Shown here: piece after piece, positions 21,345 through 33,738 of the stretch
Layout: each line of letters begins with the position of its first letter
How positions within the stretch are numbered: the stretch's first letter is position 1
Origin: an uncultured delta proteobacterium
GTDB lineage: Bacteria; Myxococcota_A; Polyangia; Polyangiales; Polyangiaceae
Reading direction: 5' to 3'
Assembly: GCA_963716725.1 (NCBI GenBank)
Contig: CAVQUB010000008.1
Coordinates: 64,001-128,000 of the forward strand
Length of the DNA stretch: 64,000 nt
Translations under genes and position numbers: made by a program
The notes under the pieces: generated by a model
The model's input: only the letters and a program-made list of their open reading frames with translations
What the model was told of the DNA's origin: nothing
The model's database searches: none

Positions 21345-22921
21345 TCCGCTGGCGTCACCTGGCGCTGGTCGGCGCCGCTCTCGGTGTCGCGTTGCCGGCG
21401 CTGGCCGCGCCGCCCGCCATGACCCGCGACGAAATCCTCTCGCGGGGCAAGGGCGTCGTGAAGTTCTCCTATTGGTGGGGCCATGGCCGCTGGAGCACCA
21501 GCTCGACCTCCCACGGATCGTGCTCGGGTAGCTGCCCGGGCTGTTCCCACTCGGGCTCCTACGGGGCGGACTGCTCCGGCTTCGTCGCCAAGGCGTGGCA
21601 GGTGCCCGGCGCCATCAGCGTGACCACTGACTCGCACCCCTATTCGACCTATCACTTCGACAACACCAGCACCCACTGGACCACGATCTCGCGGAGCAGC
21701 ACCAAGCAAGCCGACGCCTTCGTCTACAACACCAACGGCGCCGGCCACATCGTGCTCTACGAGAGTGGCGACCCCTGGGGATGGGTCACCGCCATCGAGT
21801 GCAAGGGATGCAGCTACGGTTGCGTGCGCGGCAGCCGCACCCTGAGCTCGAGCTACAAGGCTATCCGACGCCACAACGTGCAGGACTTTGCCGACAAGGA
21901 CGGCGACGGAGTCGCGGACGCCAAAGACAACTGCGTATCGACCAAGAACACCAGCCAGACCGACACCAACAAAGACGGGCAGGGCGACGCCTGCGACACA
22001 GACGACGACGGCGACGGCGTGGCGGACGCCAAGGACAACTGCGCCTTGGTGAAGAACGCGACCCAGACCGACACGGACAAAGACGGCAAGGGCGACGCCT
22101 GCGACACGGATGACGACGGCGACGGCGTGCTGGATGCCAAGGACAACTGCGCGCTCGCGTCCAACAAGAGCCAACTCGACACGGACAAAGACGGTAAGGG
22201 CGACGCCTGCGATACCGATGACGACGGCGACGGCGTCTTGGACAGCAAGGACAACTGCGCGCTGGTGAAGAACGCGACCCAGGCCGACACCGACAAAGAC
22301 GGCAAAGGCGACGCCTGCGCGGTGGATGACGACGGGGACGGCGTCGTCGATACCGACGACAACTGCAAGCTCGACGCCAACTCGGACCAGACCGACAGCG
22401 ACGGGGACGGCAAAGGCGACGCTTGCGACGACGACGACGACGGAGACGGCGTGGTCGACGCGGCCGACGTCTGTCCCAACGTGACGGATTCGACGCAGGC
22501 GGATGCGGACGGCGACGGACTGGGCGATGCGTGCGACGATGATCGCGACGGCGACGGAGTCGCCAACGCGAGCGACAACTGTCCGGAGCTCGCCGCCGAG
22601 AGCCAAGACGACAGCGACGAGGACGGCGTGGGCGACGCGTGCGACGACGATCTCGACGGCGACGGCGTCTTCAATGCCGTCGACAACTGCCCGACCGTCT
22701 CCAATCCCGATCAGAAAGACGGCATTGGCGACAAGGGTGCAGCGTGCTCGGCCGGTGATCTCGGAGATTTGGGCTTCGATGGCGCCGGAGGCTTCGACCC
22801 GGGTGAAGAGATGAGCGGCGGCTGTGGTTGCTCGCTGCCCGGCGACGGGCGCGAGTCGTCGTTCGGGCTCCTGGCCCTGATCGCCGCGCTCTCGCTGATC
22901 GGCCGTCGGCGCTCCCGCTAG
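21341..22921 (+). CDS. NlpC/P60-type cysteine peptidase with 8 TSP3 repeats and MYXO-CTERM
   Basis: Signal peptide ALA-A; YWWG...[12 protein letters not shown] and GHIVLYE catalytic Cys/His; DxDGDGVxDxxDNC...GDAC x8; GGCGCS...[11 protein letters not shown]. Confidence 0.82.
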   Translation: MIRWRHLALVGAALGVALPALAAPPAMTRDEILSRGKGVVKFSYWWGHGRWSTSSTSHGSCSGSCPGCSHSGSYGADCSGFVAKAWQVPGAISVTTDSHPYSTYHFDNTSTHWTTISRSSTKQADAFVYNTNGAGHIVLYESGDPWGWVTAIECKGCSYGCVRGSRTLSSSYKAIRRHNVQDFADKDGDGVADAKDNCVSTKNTSQTDTNKDGQGDACDTDDDGDGVADAKDNCALVKNATQTDTDKDGKGDACDTDDDGDGVLDAKDNCALASNKSQLDTDKDGKGDACDTDDDGDGVLDSKDNCALVKNATQADTDKDGKGDACAVDDDGDGVVDTDDNCKLDANSDQTDSDGDGKGDACDDDDDGDGVVDAADVCPNVTDSTQADADGDGLGDACDDDRDGDGVANASDNCPELAAESQDDSDEDGVGDACDDDLDGDGVFNAVDNCPTVSNPDQKDGIGDKGAACSAGDLGDLGFDGAGGFDPGEEMSGGCGCSLPGDGRESSFGLLALIAALSLIGRRRSR

Positions 22922-22971
22922 GGCCAACCGCCGGTTGGCAGTTGGCGGCGGCGGTGACGCCAAGACTCAGC

Positions 22972-23018
22972 CCTAACCAGCTGAAATCACACGCTGGGAA
23001 GCTGGTCCCGCCTTTGCA
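22972..23018 (+). promoter_or_regulatory. IHF-like site plus sigma54 promoter for the SpoIID-M15 pair
   Basis: CTAACCAGCTGAAAT (IHF-like, 1 mismatch) then CTGGTCCCGCCTTTGCA (GG 23004-05, GC 23016-17). Confidence 0.55.
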
Positions 23019-23031
23019 CATACATCAGCCC

Positions 23032-24531
23032 ATGGCGCACTGGGCTCGCTTCGGGTTGTTGTTGACCGTCCTGTTCACCTTCGCGTGTCAGGCAGGGCCA
23101 ATGGGAAACGAGGAGCCGATCCTCGAGGTGCATCAGGACGTCAGCGCGCCGCTCGCCAAGGCCTACTGCTCGGTCCCGGTGACGGGCGTCGGGACGAAGA
23201 ACATGGAGGAGGACTACCTCCCCCACGTGATCACCTGCGAGAACGGCGGCGCCAATCTCCAGGCGTTGAAGGCGCAGGCCATCTCCGCGCGTTCCGTCGC
23301 CTACTACGCGATGGCCACCAAGGGATCCATCTGCGACGGACAAGGCTGCCAGGTGTACTCGTGTGGCGCGAAGCCCTCGGCCAAGGCCTACCAGGCCGTG
23401 AAGGAGACCGCGGGCATCTACCTGTCGTTCGGCGGGATGCTCACCTACGGCTTCTACGTCAGCGGTGACAACAACACCTCGGCGCCAAGCTGCAAGGGCA
23501 GCTCGAGTCACGCCATGGAGAAGTACGTCACCTACAACTCCGGGCTCAGCGGCACGAGCGTGAAGCAGACCTCGCTCGGGTACATCGGGCCGCCGGGCTA
23601 CGGACAGAACCGCGGGTGCATGAGCCAATGGGGCGCGCGCTGCCTCGAGGCCAACAAGGGCTACGACTACAAGCAGATCTTACAGTTCTACTACGGCTCG
23701 GACATCAAGCTCCTGACCGCCTCGGGGTCGTGTGTCGGGCCGGCCGACGGCGACGGCGACGGCGTGACCGACGACAAAGACAACTGCCCGAGCGCCAAGA
23801 ACGCGGATCAGAAAGACACGGACAAGGACGGCAAGGGTGACGCTTGTGACACCGACGATGACGGTGACGGCGTCGCGGACACGACGGACAACTGCCCCTT
23901 GGTGTCGAACAAGGCGCAGACCGACACGGACAAGGACGGAAAGGGCGACGCTTGTGACACCGACGATGACGGCGACGGCGTCGCGGACACGACGGACAAC
24001 TGCCCCTTGGTGTCGAACAAGGCGCAGACCGATACGGACAAGGACGGCAAGGGCGACGCCTGCGAGACCGATGACGACGGTGACGGAGTCGCCGACGACA
24101 CCGATAACTGCCCTGGGACTCCCAACGCTGACCAGACCGACACGGACAACGACGGCGAAGGGGACGTCTGCGACGACGACGGAGACGGTGACGGAGTCGC
24201 CGACGCGAGCGACAACTGCCCGACCACGTCGAATCCCGATCAGGCCGACTCGGACGAAGACGGAGCGGGCGACGCTTGCGACTCGCCGAGCGGCACCGGC
24301 GGTGCCAGCGGCAGCGGCGGCTCGAGTGGTGCCGGCGGTTCGAGCGGCGGCAGCGGTTCGGGTGGCAAGAGCACCGGCGGCGGCGCGGGCCAGCAGACGA
24401 AGGTGGTCGACGATGGCGACGACGACGGTGGCTGCACCACGTCGCGCGGACCGGCCGGGTCTGGCTTCGGACTGATGGGCGCGCTGGTCGCCCTTGCATT
24501 CGCCGGGCGCCGGCGGACAATGGCGCGATGA
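23032..24531 (+). CDS. SpoIID/LytB lytic transglycosylase domain with 5 TSP3 repeats and MYXO-CTERM
   Basis: FTFAC lipobox; [36 protein letters not shown]...[12 protein letters not shown]3 x5; GGCTTS...ALAFAGRRR. Confidence 0.82.
   Translation: MAHWARFGLLLTVLFTFACQAGPMGNEEPILEVHQDVSAPLAKAYCSVPVTGVGTKNMEEDYLPHVITCENGGANLQALKAQAISARSVAYYAMATKGSICDGQGCQVYSCGAKPSAKAYQAVKETAGIYLSFGGMLTYGFYVSGDNNTSAPSCKGSSSHAMEKYVTYNSGLSGTSVKQTSLGYIGPPGYGQNRGCMSQWGARCLEANKGYDYKQILQFYYGSDIKLLTASGSCVGPADGDGDGVTDDKDNCPSAKNADQKDTDKDGKGDACDTDDDGDGVADTTDNCPLVSNKAQTDTDKDGKGDACDTDDDGDGVADTTDNCPLVSNKAQTDTDKDGKGDACETDDDGDGVADDTDNCPGTPNADQTDTDNDGEGDVCDDDGDGDGVADASDNCPTTSNPDQADSDEDGAGDACDSPSGTGGASGSGGSSGAGGSSGGSGSGGKSTGGGAGQQTKVVDDGDDDGGCTTSRGPAGSGFGLMGALVALAFAGRRRTMAR
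23821..24036 (+). repeat. Near-exact 108-bp tandem duplication of one TSP3 unit
   Basis: 23821-23928 and 23929-24036 encode the identical 36-aa unit and differ only at a few synonymous sites. Confidence 0.85.
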
Positions 24532-25766
24532 TCGCCCGCGCTTTGGTGCTGCTCGGCGTGCTGGGGCTCGCGGGGTGCGCCGTCGAGGTTCAGCCCGACG
24601 AGCCCGACGGTCCCGAGCCACAGGAAGAGATCGCGACCGTCCAGAGCGGGCTCAGCGTGTCCCAGGCCCTCTCGAGTGGCTGCTCGACTGCGATCGTCGA
24701 AGGCCTGAGCAAGCAGATCATCGCGGAGATGAACTGCATGAACCCGAACGCGCTGAAGGCGGTGCCGTCGCGCCCGAACCTGGTGAAGAACGCCTCGCAC
24801 GTGTTCATGGTCATGCAGCCCAGCGCGGTGGACGCTCTGGTCAAGGCGGTGGACTCGAGCCCGAGCAAGACGCTGCACATCAACAGCATGCTGCGCACCC
24901 TGCCCCAGCAGTGGCTGCTCTATCACTGGTACCAGGCCGGCAAATGCGGCATCCCGCTGGCAGCCACGCCCGGCAACTCGAACCACGAAGGCGGCACGGC
25001 CTTCGACACCGGGGACTACACTGCCTGGAAGAGCGCGCTCACCGCCAAGGGCTTCCAGTGGTACGGCTCCAGCGACGTCTACCACTACACCTACGTTGGC
25101 GCCGGCACCGTCAACCTCAAGGGCAAGGACGTTCTCGCGTTCCAGCGGCTTTGGAACCTGAACAACCCGGGAGACAAGATCACGGAGGACGGCGACTTTG
25201 GCCCGGCCAGCGACTCTCGCTTGGGCAAGAGCCCCACCGAAGGATTCGCGAAAGGGTCGACTTGCTCGCAGCAGCCCAGCGACTCCGATGGCGACGGCGT
25301 CGCGGACGCCACGGACAACTGCCCCGGCGCGAAGAACCCGGGCCAGGAAGATCTCGACCAGGACGGCCAGGGCGATGCCTGCGACGATGACGACGACGGT
25401 GACGGCGTCCCCGACGCGACGGACAACTGCCCGAGCGTGGGCAACGCGACCCAAGTCGACTGCGACCAGGACGGCAAAGGCGACGCCTGCGACGGCGCCA
25501 GCGACTGCGGAACTGGCGGTGCGGCCGGTGCGGCGGGAGCCGGCGGAAGTGCGGGCGTGGCGGGTGCGGCCGGCAGCGGCGGTGCGATCAGCGCGTCGGG
25601 TGGCAGTTCAGGCACCGGCGGCGGAGGCGGGCAGTCGACCAAGACGCTCAGCGACAGCGGCGACGGCGGCAGCTGCACCGTGAGCGCACAACCGCGCGCT
25701 GCGGGCTTCGCTTGGCTGCTCGCCGCGTTTGCACTGGGTTGGGCCCGACGCCGACCTGTTCGCTGA
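24528..25766 (+). CDS. M15 (VanY-like) Zn peptidase with PG-binding-like motif, 2 TSP3 repeats and MYXO-CTERM
   Basis: LAGC lipobox; [22 protein letters not shown] (SxHxxGxAxD), [14 protein letters not shown]...EDGDFGP; GGSCTVS...LGWARRR; ATGA overlap. Confidence 0.82.
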   Translation: MIARALVLLGVLGLAGCAVEVQPDEPDGPEPQEEIATVQSGLSVSQALSSGCSTAIVEGLSKQIIAEMNCMNPNALKAVPSRPNLVKNASHVFMVMQPSAVDALVKAVDSSPSKTLHINSMLRTLPQQWLLYHWYQAGKCGIPLAATPGNSNHEGGTAFDTGDYTAWKSALTAKGFQWYGSSDVYHYTYVGAGTVNLKGKDVLAFQRLWNLNNPGDKITEDGDFGPASDSRLGKSPTEGFAKGSTCSQQPSDSDGDGVADATDNCPGAKNPGQEDLDQDGQGDACDDDDDGDGVPDATDNCPSVGNATQVDCDQDGKGDACDGASDCGTGGAAGAAGAGGSAGVAGAAGSGGAISASGGSSGTGGGGGQSTKTLSDSGDGGSCTVSAQPRAAGFAWLLAAFALGWARRRPVR

Positions 25767-25863
25767 ATTTCACGCTCTTGGGTGGCCCTCGGCCCGCGGG
25801 CCGTGCTATTTGCACTGCACCGAGGGGCACCCCGCGTCGCTCGGCTCAGCGAAGGAGCATCGC

Positions 25864-27045
25864 ATGCGTCGAGGCCTGGCTTTCGTTCTCGGTTCAGTCG
25901 TCATCACGATCGCCGCTGCGGCGTGCAGCAGCGCTAGCGGCGGAGGCGGCGACGGAGGAGGAGGAGGTTCGAGCGCCTCGGGCGGCGGTGGCAGCGGCGG
26001 CAGCGGCGGTGGCGTGAACATCGACGGCGGTGGCGGCACCGGCGCGCTGACGGGCTGCGAGAAACAGGTCTTTGGCGGCGAGCTGGTCCCCGTCGACATG
26101 TTCCTGATGTTCGATCGCAGCGGGTCGATGCAGGACGGCGGTAAGTGGAGCTCCGTCACCGGCGCCGTGAAGAAATTCGTCGCGCTGCCTGGGCTCAGCC
26201 AGCTCGGCATGGGGCTCGGTTTCTTCCCGGTCAACGCCACCGGCCCCATCCCCACGGCCTGCACCAAGGACCTCGACTGCGGCTTTTACGGGCCGTGCAT
26301 GCCCGGCTTCAACAACTGCTCTGGTTCGCTGCTCGGCATGAAAGACTCATGCGTCTCGACCGACTACCAGAAGCCGGCGGTCGGGATCGAAGACTTCCCG
26401 GGCGTTGCATCCAAGATCACCGCCGCCCTTGACGGTGCGACCCCGGGCGGCGATTCGACTCCGGCGGGGCCCGCCCTCGAAGGCGCCATCGATCACGCCA
26501 CGATCTGGCAACAGGATCACCTCGACCGCGTGGTGGTGGTGATCCTCGCCACCGACGGCGAGCCCAACAACTGCACGCCCAACACCGTGGCGGACGTGGC
26601 TGGCCACGCCGCCGAGGGGGCCAAGCAGACGCCTCCCATCAAGACCTTCGTGATCGGCGTCGGCGAGCTCTCGGTGCTCAATCAGGTCGCCGCGGCTGGA
26701 GGGACCGACAAAGCCATCATCGTCAGCACCGGCAACGCCGAGAAAGAGTTCCTCGACGCGCTGAACAAGATCCGCGGCGCGGTCGGCTGCCAGTACCTGA
26801 TCCCCACCGGCGGCAAGTCCGACCCCAAGAAGGTCAACGTGCTCTTCACGCCCGAAGACGGCAGCCCGGGCGTGCTCATCAAGCAGTCCCCGAGCGCGTC
26901 CGCCTGTGTCGGTCAAGTTGGCTGGTACTACGACAATCCCGACTCGCCCACGCAGATCATCTTGTGCCCCGGTGCCTGCGACCTCGTCACGAACAAGAAG
27001 GGCAAAGTCGAGGTCGTGGTCGGCTGCAAGACCGAGGTCAACTAG
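25864..27045 (+). CDS. vWA-domain lipoprotein
   Basis: AAAC lipobox, Gly linker, MIDAS DRSGSM...TP...ATDGEP, Cys-rich insert, [15 protein letters not shown] tail. Confidence 0.85.
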   Translation: MRRGLAFVLGSVVITIAAAACSSASGGGGDGGGGGSSASGGGGSGGSGGGVNIDGGGGTGALTGCEKQVFGGELVPVDMFLMFDRSGSMQDGGKWSSVTGAVKKFVALPGLSQLGMGLGFFPVNATGPIPTACTKDLDCGFYGPCMPGFNNCSGSLLGMKDSCVSTDYQKPAVGIEDFPGVASKITAALDGATPGGDSTPAGPALEGAIDHATIWQQDHLDRVVVVILATDGEPNNCTPNTVADVAGHAAEGAKQTPPIKTFVIGVGELSVLNQVAAAGGTDKAIIVSTGNAEKEFLDALNKIRGAVGCQYLIPTGGKSDPKKVNVLFTPEDGSPGVLIKQSPSASACVGQVGWYYDNPDSPTQIILCPGACDLVTNKKGKVEVVVGCKTEVN

Positions 27046-27443
27046 GCCGCCTTCTTCGTCAAGGCGTCTCGAATCTCGGTCAAGAGCTCGACCTCGGGCG
27101 ACGGACCCGCGGGGGCCGCCTCCGGCTCGGCGCGCTTGAGCTTGTTCATGGCCTTGATCGCCATGAAAATCGCGAGCGCCACGATCAAGAAGTCGAAGAT
27201 GGTCTGCAGAAAGACGCCGTACTTGAGGATCACGGCGGGCTTGTCACCGACCGCTTCCTTCAGGGTGACGCCGAGCGCCGAGAAGTTCACGCCGCCCACC
27301 ACGACCCCGAGGGCAGGCATCACCAGGTCGTTCACGAGCGAGGTCACTATTTTCCCGAAGGCGCCGCCGATGATCACACCGACGGCCATGTCGACCACGT
27401 TGCCCTTGACCGCGAACTCTTTGAACTCTTGAATCAAACCCAT
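27042..27443 (-). CDS. mscL: Large-conductance mechanosensitive channel
   Basis: [28 protein letters not shown]...LLTEIRDAL. Confidence 0.97.
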   Translation of the reverse strand: MGLIQEFKEFAVKGNVVDMAVGVIIGGAFGKIVTSLVNDLVMPALGVVVGGVNFSALGVTLKEAVGDKPAVILKYGVFLQTIFDFLIVALAIFMAIKAMNKLKRAEPEAAPAGPSPEVELLTEIRDALTKKAA

Positions 27444-27506
27444 GGCCGGGTTCGTACCGCTTTCTCAGGGTGGGTCAATAGAGCGGGTTTCGCGCGGCGG
27501 GATGCC

Positions 27507-28379
27507 ATGACCGACCCTCGGAACCGAGGCTTCGGCGCAGCCCCCAATGCGCCGTTCTGGCTCGTATCGGAGCACCACTCCGTCGGCCTGGTGTCCGGCA
27601 GCTACGTGCTGGGTCGCGCCGCCGATGCTGACGTGCAGATCCTGTCTGACCCCAACGTGTCACGCCGTCACGCACGGCTGGTCGTCACTCAGGACGTGGT
27701 CGAGGTCGAAGACCTGGGCAGCAGCAACGGGACTTGGCTCGACGGTAAGCTGGTGCAGCACCCGCTCCGCATGCCGGTGGGCGCCAGGCTGCGCGTCGGC
27801 GCGGAGATCTTCGAACTTCGTCGATTGCACCCCTCCCGCAGAGACCGGAACACGGCGAGGACCTCGCCGGAGGCGCCGAACGCGCGGCAAGTGCAGATCC
27901 GGGAGATCTCTGGGCCTGACGCGGCGACCGCCCAAGAGACGCCCGTCGACATGGTCTACGACCAGGTGATGGCGCTGCTCGAAAAGAAGGACGTGGCAGG
28001 CGCGCGGCGCTTCGTCGATCCGCTCCTCGACCTGCTCGAGCTCGGGCATCGGCCGCTGCATGCCGCCGCCCTCGAGCGCGTCTCAGCGCTGACCCTCGGC
28101 CTGGCCGAGGCGTCGGGCGATGGTCGCTACGTCGAGTGGACCCTCACCGAGCATCGTCGCCGCTCCCGCCTCATGAGCCAGCGCACGGTGGACCTGTTCG
28201 AGCGGGTGCTGTGCACCGGCGTTCCGGTCGATGCGGAGCCCGTCGAGAACTACCTGGCCGCCATCGACGAGCTCAGCCTCGCCGTCACGCCCGGGGATGT
28301 TGTGCAGGTCTCGCGCATCCGGGCCGCCGCGGAAAGCCGCGGTTTCACCCTGCCGGCCCCGCCGCCGGAGCGGCACTGA
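27507..28379 (+). CDS. FHA domain protein
   Basis: LGR..DV..SDPNVSRRHA...DLGSSNGTW. Confidence 0.85.
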   Translation: MTDPRNRGFGAAPNAPFWLVSEHHSVGLVSGSYVLGRAADADVQILSDPNVSRRHARLVVTQDVVEVEDLGSSNGTWLDGKLVQHPLRMPVGARLRVGAEIFELRRLHPSRRDRNTARTSPEAPNARQVQIREISGPDAATAQETPVDMVYDQVMALLEKKDVAGARRFVDPLLDLLELGHRPLHAAALERVSALTLGLAEASGDGRYVEWTLTEHRRRSRLMSQRTVDLFERVLCTGVPVDAEPVENYLAAIDELSLAVTPGDVVQVSRIRAAAESRGFTLPAPPPERH

Positions 28380-28464
28380 GGGCGAATGCCCTGGGTATGA
28401 CGGGCCTCCCGCGACGGCCTCAAATCGAGTAGCGTCCGACCCGCCCATGGAAAGGACGAGTCGA

Positions 28465-29862
<1,398 letters not shown>

Positions 29863-29883
29863 TCGCGCGCTAGAGCCGGCCTG

Positions 29884-29907
29884 CCCCTCTCCCCTGCGGG
29901 AGAGGGG
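29884..29907. terminator. REP-like hairpin between convergent genes
   Basis: CCCCTCTCCC-CTGC-GGGAGAGGGG inverted repeat. Confidence 0.55.
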
Positions 29908-29915
29908 AGCGGCGC

Positions 29916-32657
29916 TCAGTGCGTCGCGCTGGCCGGCGCCGCAGGCTTCCGGTGGGCCGCGAGGTCCAACGGCGACAGTCCGGCGCCCGTCAGCGCCGTG
30001 CGCACGGCGACGAAGGGCACCTCACCAAAGACGGCCGCAGCCACCTCGGAGATCTTCACGGCGCCCTGCTGCGAGAACCAGACCTCGACGGAAATGGCCA
30101 GCGTGCGCCCCACGATGCCGGCGCATGCGAGGGCTTCCTCACCGCCCACGGTCAGCGAGCTAACGAAGGATCGGACGTCGACGCTCTTGCCCACGCCCTC
30201 GATCTGCCGGCGCACGACGTGGGTGTCTTTAGCCATGAAATCCCGGATCTGGCCCTCCACGTCGAGCACCTCGCCGCCCAGCCCGATCACGTAGCGCGCT
30301 CCGTCGAGGATGCGGTTGATCCCGGGATCGTTGGCCCCGAGCGCTTGCGCGCCGGTGAACCACAGGCCCGGAGCGACGGCTTCGTTCAGCTGGTCGAGCA
30401 AGCTCTCCGGCGCGTCAATCAGCTTGACGTCGACCCACTCGTCGAGGCTCGCGACGCCCAGCGACAGTGCGGGTCCAAAGCTCAGATCCGGTTTCGGGTG
30501 AAAGCCGGTCGTGTACGCCGTCTTGACGCCCGCACGACGGATGATCCGAGGCACCTCGCGCATCAGATCCAGATGACCCAAGAGGGCCGCGGCGCCCGTC
30601 TTGTGGAAGGACAGGCGATAGCGTACCGGCGCGCTGCCTGACCGCAGCGGTCGAAAGACCTCCGGTTGGTGCTTCCTCCGCTCCGCGTTCGTGATCAGCG
30701 GGAGCTGTCGCCGCTCGGCGGGTTCGTCCGCGCCAAACTCCCGCAGCGCCCCGATGCGGCGCTCGCGCATTTGCCCCAGGTCGCAGGCAATGCCGCAGTC
30801 GTAGCAGACCAGGCGGCGCTGATCGGCGGCGGCGTCCCGGGCGTTGTCGTGGTGCACGAACATGGCCTTGGCCTTGCCGCAGGGTGGGCTGAGCCGCCCG
30901 TGAAGGCTCTTGCGATACTCGCGAGCCAGAAAGCCGTCTTCGAGCCCGACGTCGATGTGGTCCCAGGGCAGCCGTGCGCCGACGGGAAGGGTTCCTAGGT
31001 AGCGCGCATCATCGATCTCGTGGGCCTCGAAGGCGGCGCGCCAGAGATCCAACTGCACCCGGCCTTCCCAGCTGTCGAAGCGCGCGCCCGCGCGGTAGGC
31101 GTGCTCGATCACCGCGCCGAGGCGCCGATCTCCGCGGGCGATCACCGCCTCGAGGAAGCTAGAGCCCGGCTCGTGCATGCGAAGCTTGAGCCCCCGGGCG
31201 TCCCGGGCCGCGCCCCGCAACAGGCGCTGCTTGTGGGCGATCTGGTCCGGCGTGTCCATTGCGCACCACTGAAACGGGGTGTGCGGCTTCGGCACGTGCA
31301 CGCTGACGCTGGTGGTGACCGTCGCGCGAGCGCCCAGTCGTTTGCCCACGGCGAGGGCGTTCTTGCCGACTTGCACGATGCCGAGCACGTCCTCGTCGGT
31401 CTCGGTAGGCAGGCCGCAGATGAAGTAGAGCTTCATCTTGTCGAAGCCTCGGGAGAACACCCGGTTCGCGGTCTCGATCAACTGCGCTTCGGTGACGTTC
31501 TTGTTGATCACGTCACGCATGCGTTGGGTGCCGGCCTCGGGAGCGAAGGTCAGCCCAGTGGCGCGCACTTGGCGCATGTCGTCGAGCAGGTCTTCCGCGA
31601 GGCCGTAGGCGCGGAGCGAGGCCACGCCCAAGCTCACGCGCTCGGGCGCCGTCTTCCGGGCCAAATCGCGGATCAGCGGGGATATCGCGCTCACGTCCGC
31701 CGTGGACAGGGCCGTCAGGCTCACCTCGTCTTGCCCGCTCTTGTCGAGCGCGCGCTCGACGGTGCGCACCACCTCGAGCGGGTCGCGCTCGCGCACGGGC
31801 CGGTAGATCATGCCCGCCTGGCAGAAGCGACAGCCCTCGGTGCAGCCGCGCGCCACCTCGATGCTCATCCGATCGAAGATCGCCTCCGGGCCGCCGACGG
31901 GTCCGTCGTCGGGAAACGGAAACCGATCCAGGTTCTCGAGCACACGGCGCCGGATCGGAAACGGGACGGGTTCGAGCGCGGGACCGCTGACCACCTCGAG
32001 CCCGGTGTCGGCGTCCACGTGGGTCGCATAGAGCGATGGCACGTAGACGCCCTCGAGGTTCGCCAGTCGCACGAGGCGCGCCCGGCGGCCGAGGCCCTCG
32101 CGCTTCGCTGACGTCCAGCAGAGGGCGATCTCGGCCGCGGCCTCCTCGCCGTCGCCGATCAAGAAGGCGTCGATGAAGTCCGCCATCGGCTCGGCATGGG
32201 TGGCCACGGGACCGCCGGCGATCACCAGCGGGTGCTCGTCACTGCGATCGGCGCTGCGGAGCGGGATGCCGCCCAGGTCGAGCATGGTCAGGATGTTCGT
32301 GTACGTGAGCTCGAACTGAAGCGAGAAACCGACCACGTCGAAATCCGAGAGCGGCCTCCCGCTCTCGAGAGACACCAGCGGCAGCTGCCTCGTGGTGAGC
32401 TCGGCTTGGAGATCGACCCAGGGCGTGTAGCAACGCTCGGCCAAGGTGCGCGGATCGTCGTTGAGGATCTTGTAGAGGATGCGATAGCCCAGGTGGCTCA
32501 TGCCGATGTCGTAGACGTCGGGAAAGGCCAGGCAGATCCGCGCCTGCACGGCGCTCCAGTCCTTGCGCCGGCTGCCGTGCTCGCGGCCGGTGTAGCGGGT
32601 GGGCTTCTCGACCTTCTGCAAGAAGGCGGCGTAGGGATGATCGAGCAGGGCGGTCAC
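29916..32657 (-). CDS. TIGR03960-type radical SAM protein fused to a DUF2344/TIGR03936-like domain
   Basis: FPDVYDIGMSHLG, RGCTEGCRFCQAG (CxxxCxxC), TFAPEAGTQRMR; C-terminal LGHLDL...GFHPKP..SFGPALSLG. Start uncertain (GTG 32657). Confidence 0.88.
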   Translation of the reverse strand: MTALLDHPYAAFLQKVEKPTRYTGREHGSRRKDWSAVQARICLAFPDVYDIGMSHLGYRILYKILNDDPRTLAERCYTPWVDLQAELTTRQLPLVSLESGRPLSDFDVVGFSLQFELTYTNILTMLDLGGIPLRSADRSDEHPLVIAGGPVATHAEPMADFIDAFLIGDGEEAAAEIALCWTSAKREGLGRRARLVRLANLEGVYVPSLYATHVDADTGLEVVSGPALEPVPFPIRRRVLENLDRFPFPDDGPVGGPEAIFDRMSIEVARGCTEGCRFCQAGMIYRPVRERDPLEVVRTVERALDKSGQDEVSLTALSTADVSAISPLIRDLARKTAPERVSLGVASLRAYGLAEDLLDDMRQVRATGLTFAPEAGTQRMRDVINKNVTEAQLIETANRVFSRGFDKMKLYFICGLPTETDEDVLGIVQVGKNALAVGKRLGARATVTTSVSVHVPKPHTPFQWCAMDTPDQIAHKQRLLRGAARDARGLKLRMHEPGSSFLEAVIARGDRRLGAVIEHAYRAGARFDSWEGRVQLDLWRAAFEAHEIDDARYLGTLPVGARLPWDHIDVGLEDGFLAREYRKSLHGRLSPPCGKAKAMFVHHDNARDAAADQRRLVCYDCGIACDLGQMRERRIGALREFGADEPAERRQLPLITNAERRKHQPEVFRPLRSGSAPVRYRLSFHKTGAAALLGHLDLMREVPRIIRRAGVKTAYTTGFHPKPDLSFGPALSLGVASLDEWVDVKLIDAPESLLDQLNEAVAPGLWFTGAQALGANDPGINRILDGARYVIGLGGEVLDVEGQIRDFMAKDTHVVRRQIEGVGKSVDVRSFVSSLTVGGEEALACAGIVGRTLAISVEVWFSQQGAVKISEVAAAVFGEVPFVAVRTALTGAGLSPLDLAAHRKPAAPASATH

Positions 32658-32903
32658 GGAAATGTGGGCGATACGTAGCCCAAAACCGCCGACTGCGAAG
32701 TCCCGTACGCAACAATTATTGGATTTTGTCGGGGGATTCAGCGGCGAGTTCGCGTATACCGCCCTGTGGAGGTCCCCGAGTTGCAGCAAATTGGGCCCTC
32801 CGAGGGCTGCGCGGGGATGATTTCGCGTAGCTAGCCGGCGTACCCCACCCCGCAACGGAAACTCATTCACGCGCCGGTTCTCGTGTACCAGGAGGAAAAC
32901 TAA

Positions 32904-33668
32904 ATGATCCGTCGAATTTCGTCACTCGCTTTGGGACTTGCATTTGTGTTCACCGCCGCCGGGGCCTTTGCCGAAGAGGCCGCCGAAGAGGGCGGTGGCG
33001 GCGAAGAGAAGGCTGCGGACGCGCCGGCCGGCGACGAGAAGCCCGCGGGTGATGCCGCCGGCGGAGGCGAGGCCAAGGCCGAAGGCGCCGCCGAGATGAG
33101 CGGACCCCCGGACGCGGGCGGCAAGATCAAGGTCGGCCTGCGCGCCGGCTACTCGCTCCCCATGGGCGACGCGGTCAAGGACGGCAAGATGAGCGACGGC
33201 GTGAGCGGCGCCATCCCGCTGCAGCTCGACCTCGGCTACATGGTCACCCCGAACATCATGGTCGGCTTGTACGGGTCGTACGCCATCGTCATGCTCTCTT
33301 CAGACACCAAGGACCTGTGCGACGCCGCCAAGGTGGATTGCTCCGCCAGCCAGATCCGTGTCGGTCTGCAGGGCCAGTATCACCTGTCGCCGGGCCAGTC
33401 CCTGGACCCCTGGTTCGGTCTCGGCTTCGGCCTCGAAATGGTCGACCAGAAAGCAGGGGACACCAAGAGTGGCCTCAGCGGCTTCGAGTTCGTCAACGTG
33501 ATGGCGGGCGCCGATTTCAAGGCCACCGACAGCATCGCCGTCGGTCCCTTCGTGAACTTCTCCGTTGGCCAGTACTCGAAGACGACTGGCGACAACGGCG
33601 CGGACATCAAGGACAAAGCCATGCACCAGTGGCTGACCCTCGGTATCAAGGGCACGATGGGCTTCTGA
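32904..33668 (+). CDS. Outer-membrane beta-barrel protein
   Basis: AGGAGG RBS, signal peptide, amphipathic strands, C-terminal Phe. Confidence 0.8.
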   Translation: MIRRISSLALGLAFVFTAAGAFAEEAAEEGGGGEEKAADAPAGDEKPAGDAAGGGEAKAEGAAEMSGPPDAGGKIKVGLRAGYSLPMGDAVKDGKMSDGVSGAIPLQLDLGYMVTPNIMVGLYGSYAIVMLSSDTKDLCDAAKVDCSASQIRVGLQGQYHLSPGQSLDPWFGLGFGLEMVDQKAGDTKSGLSGFEFVNVMAGADFKATDSIAVGPFVNFSVGQYSKTTGDNGADIKDKAMHQWLTLGIKGTMGF

Positions 33669-33690
33669 TCCCGACCTGATCCTCGCGCGC

Positions 33691-33723
33691 GAGCGCCGTC
33701 CCGCTGGTCGGGGCGGCGCTTTC
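33691..33723 (+). terminator. Intrinsic terminator-like hairpin
   Basis: AGCGCCGTCCCG-CTGGT-CGGGGCGGCGCT followed by TTC. Confidence 0.55.
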
Positions 33724-33738
33724 GTGTTTCCGGGCGCC

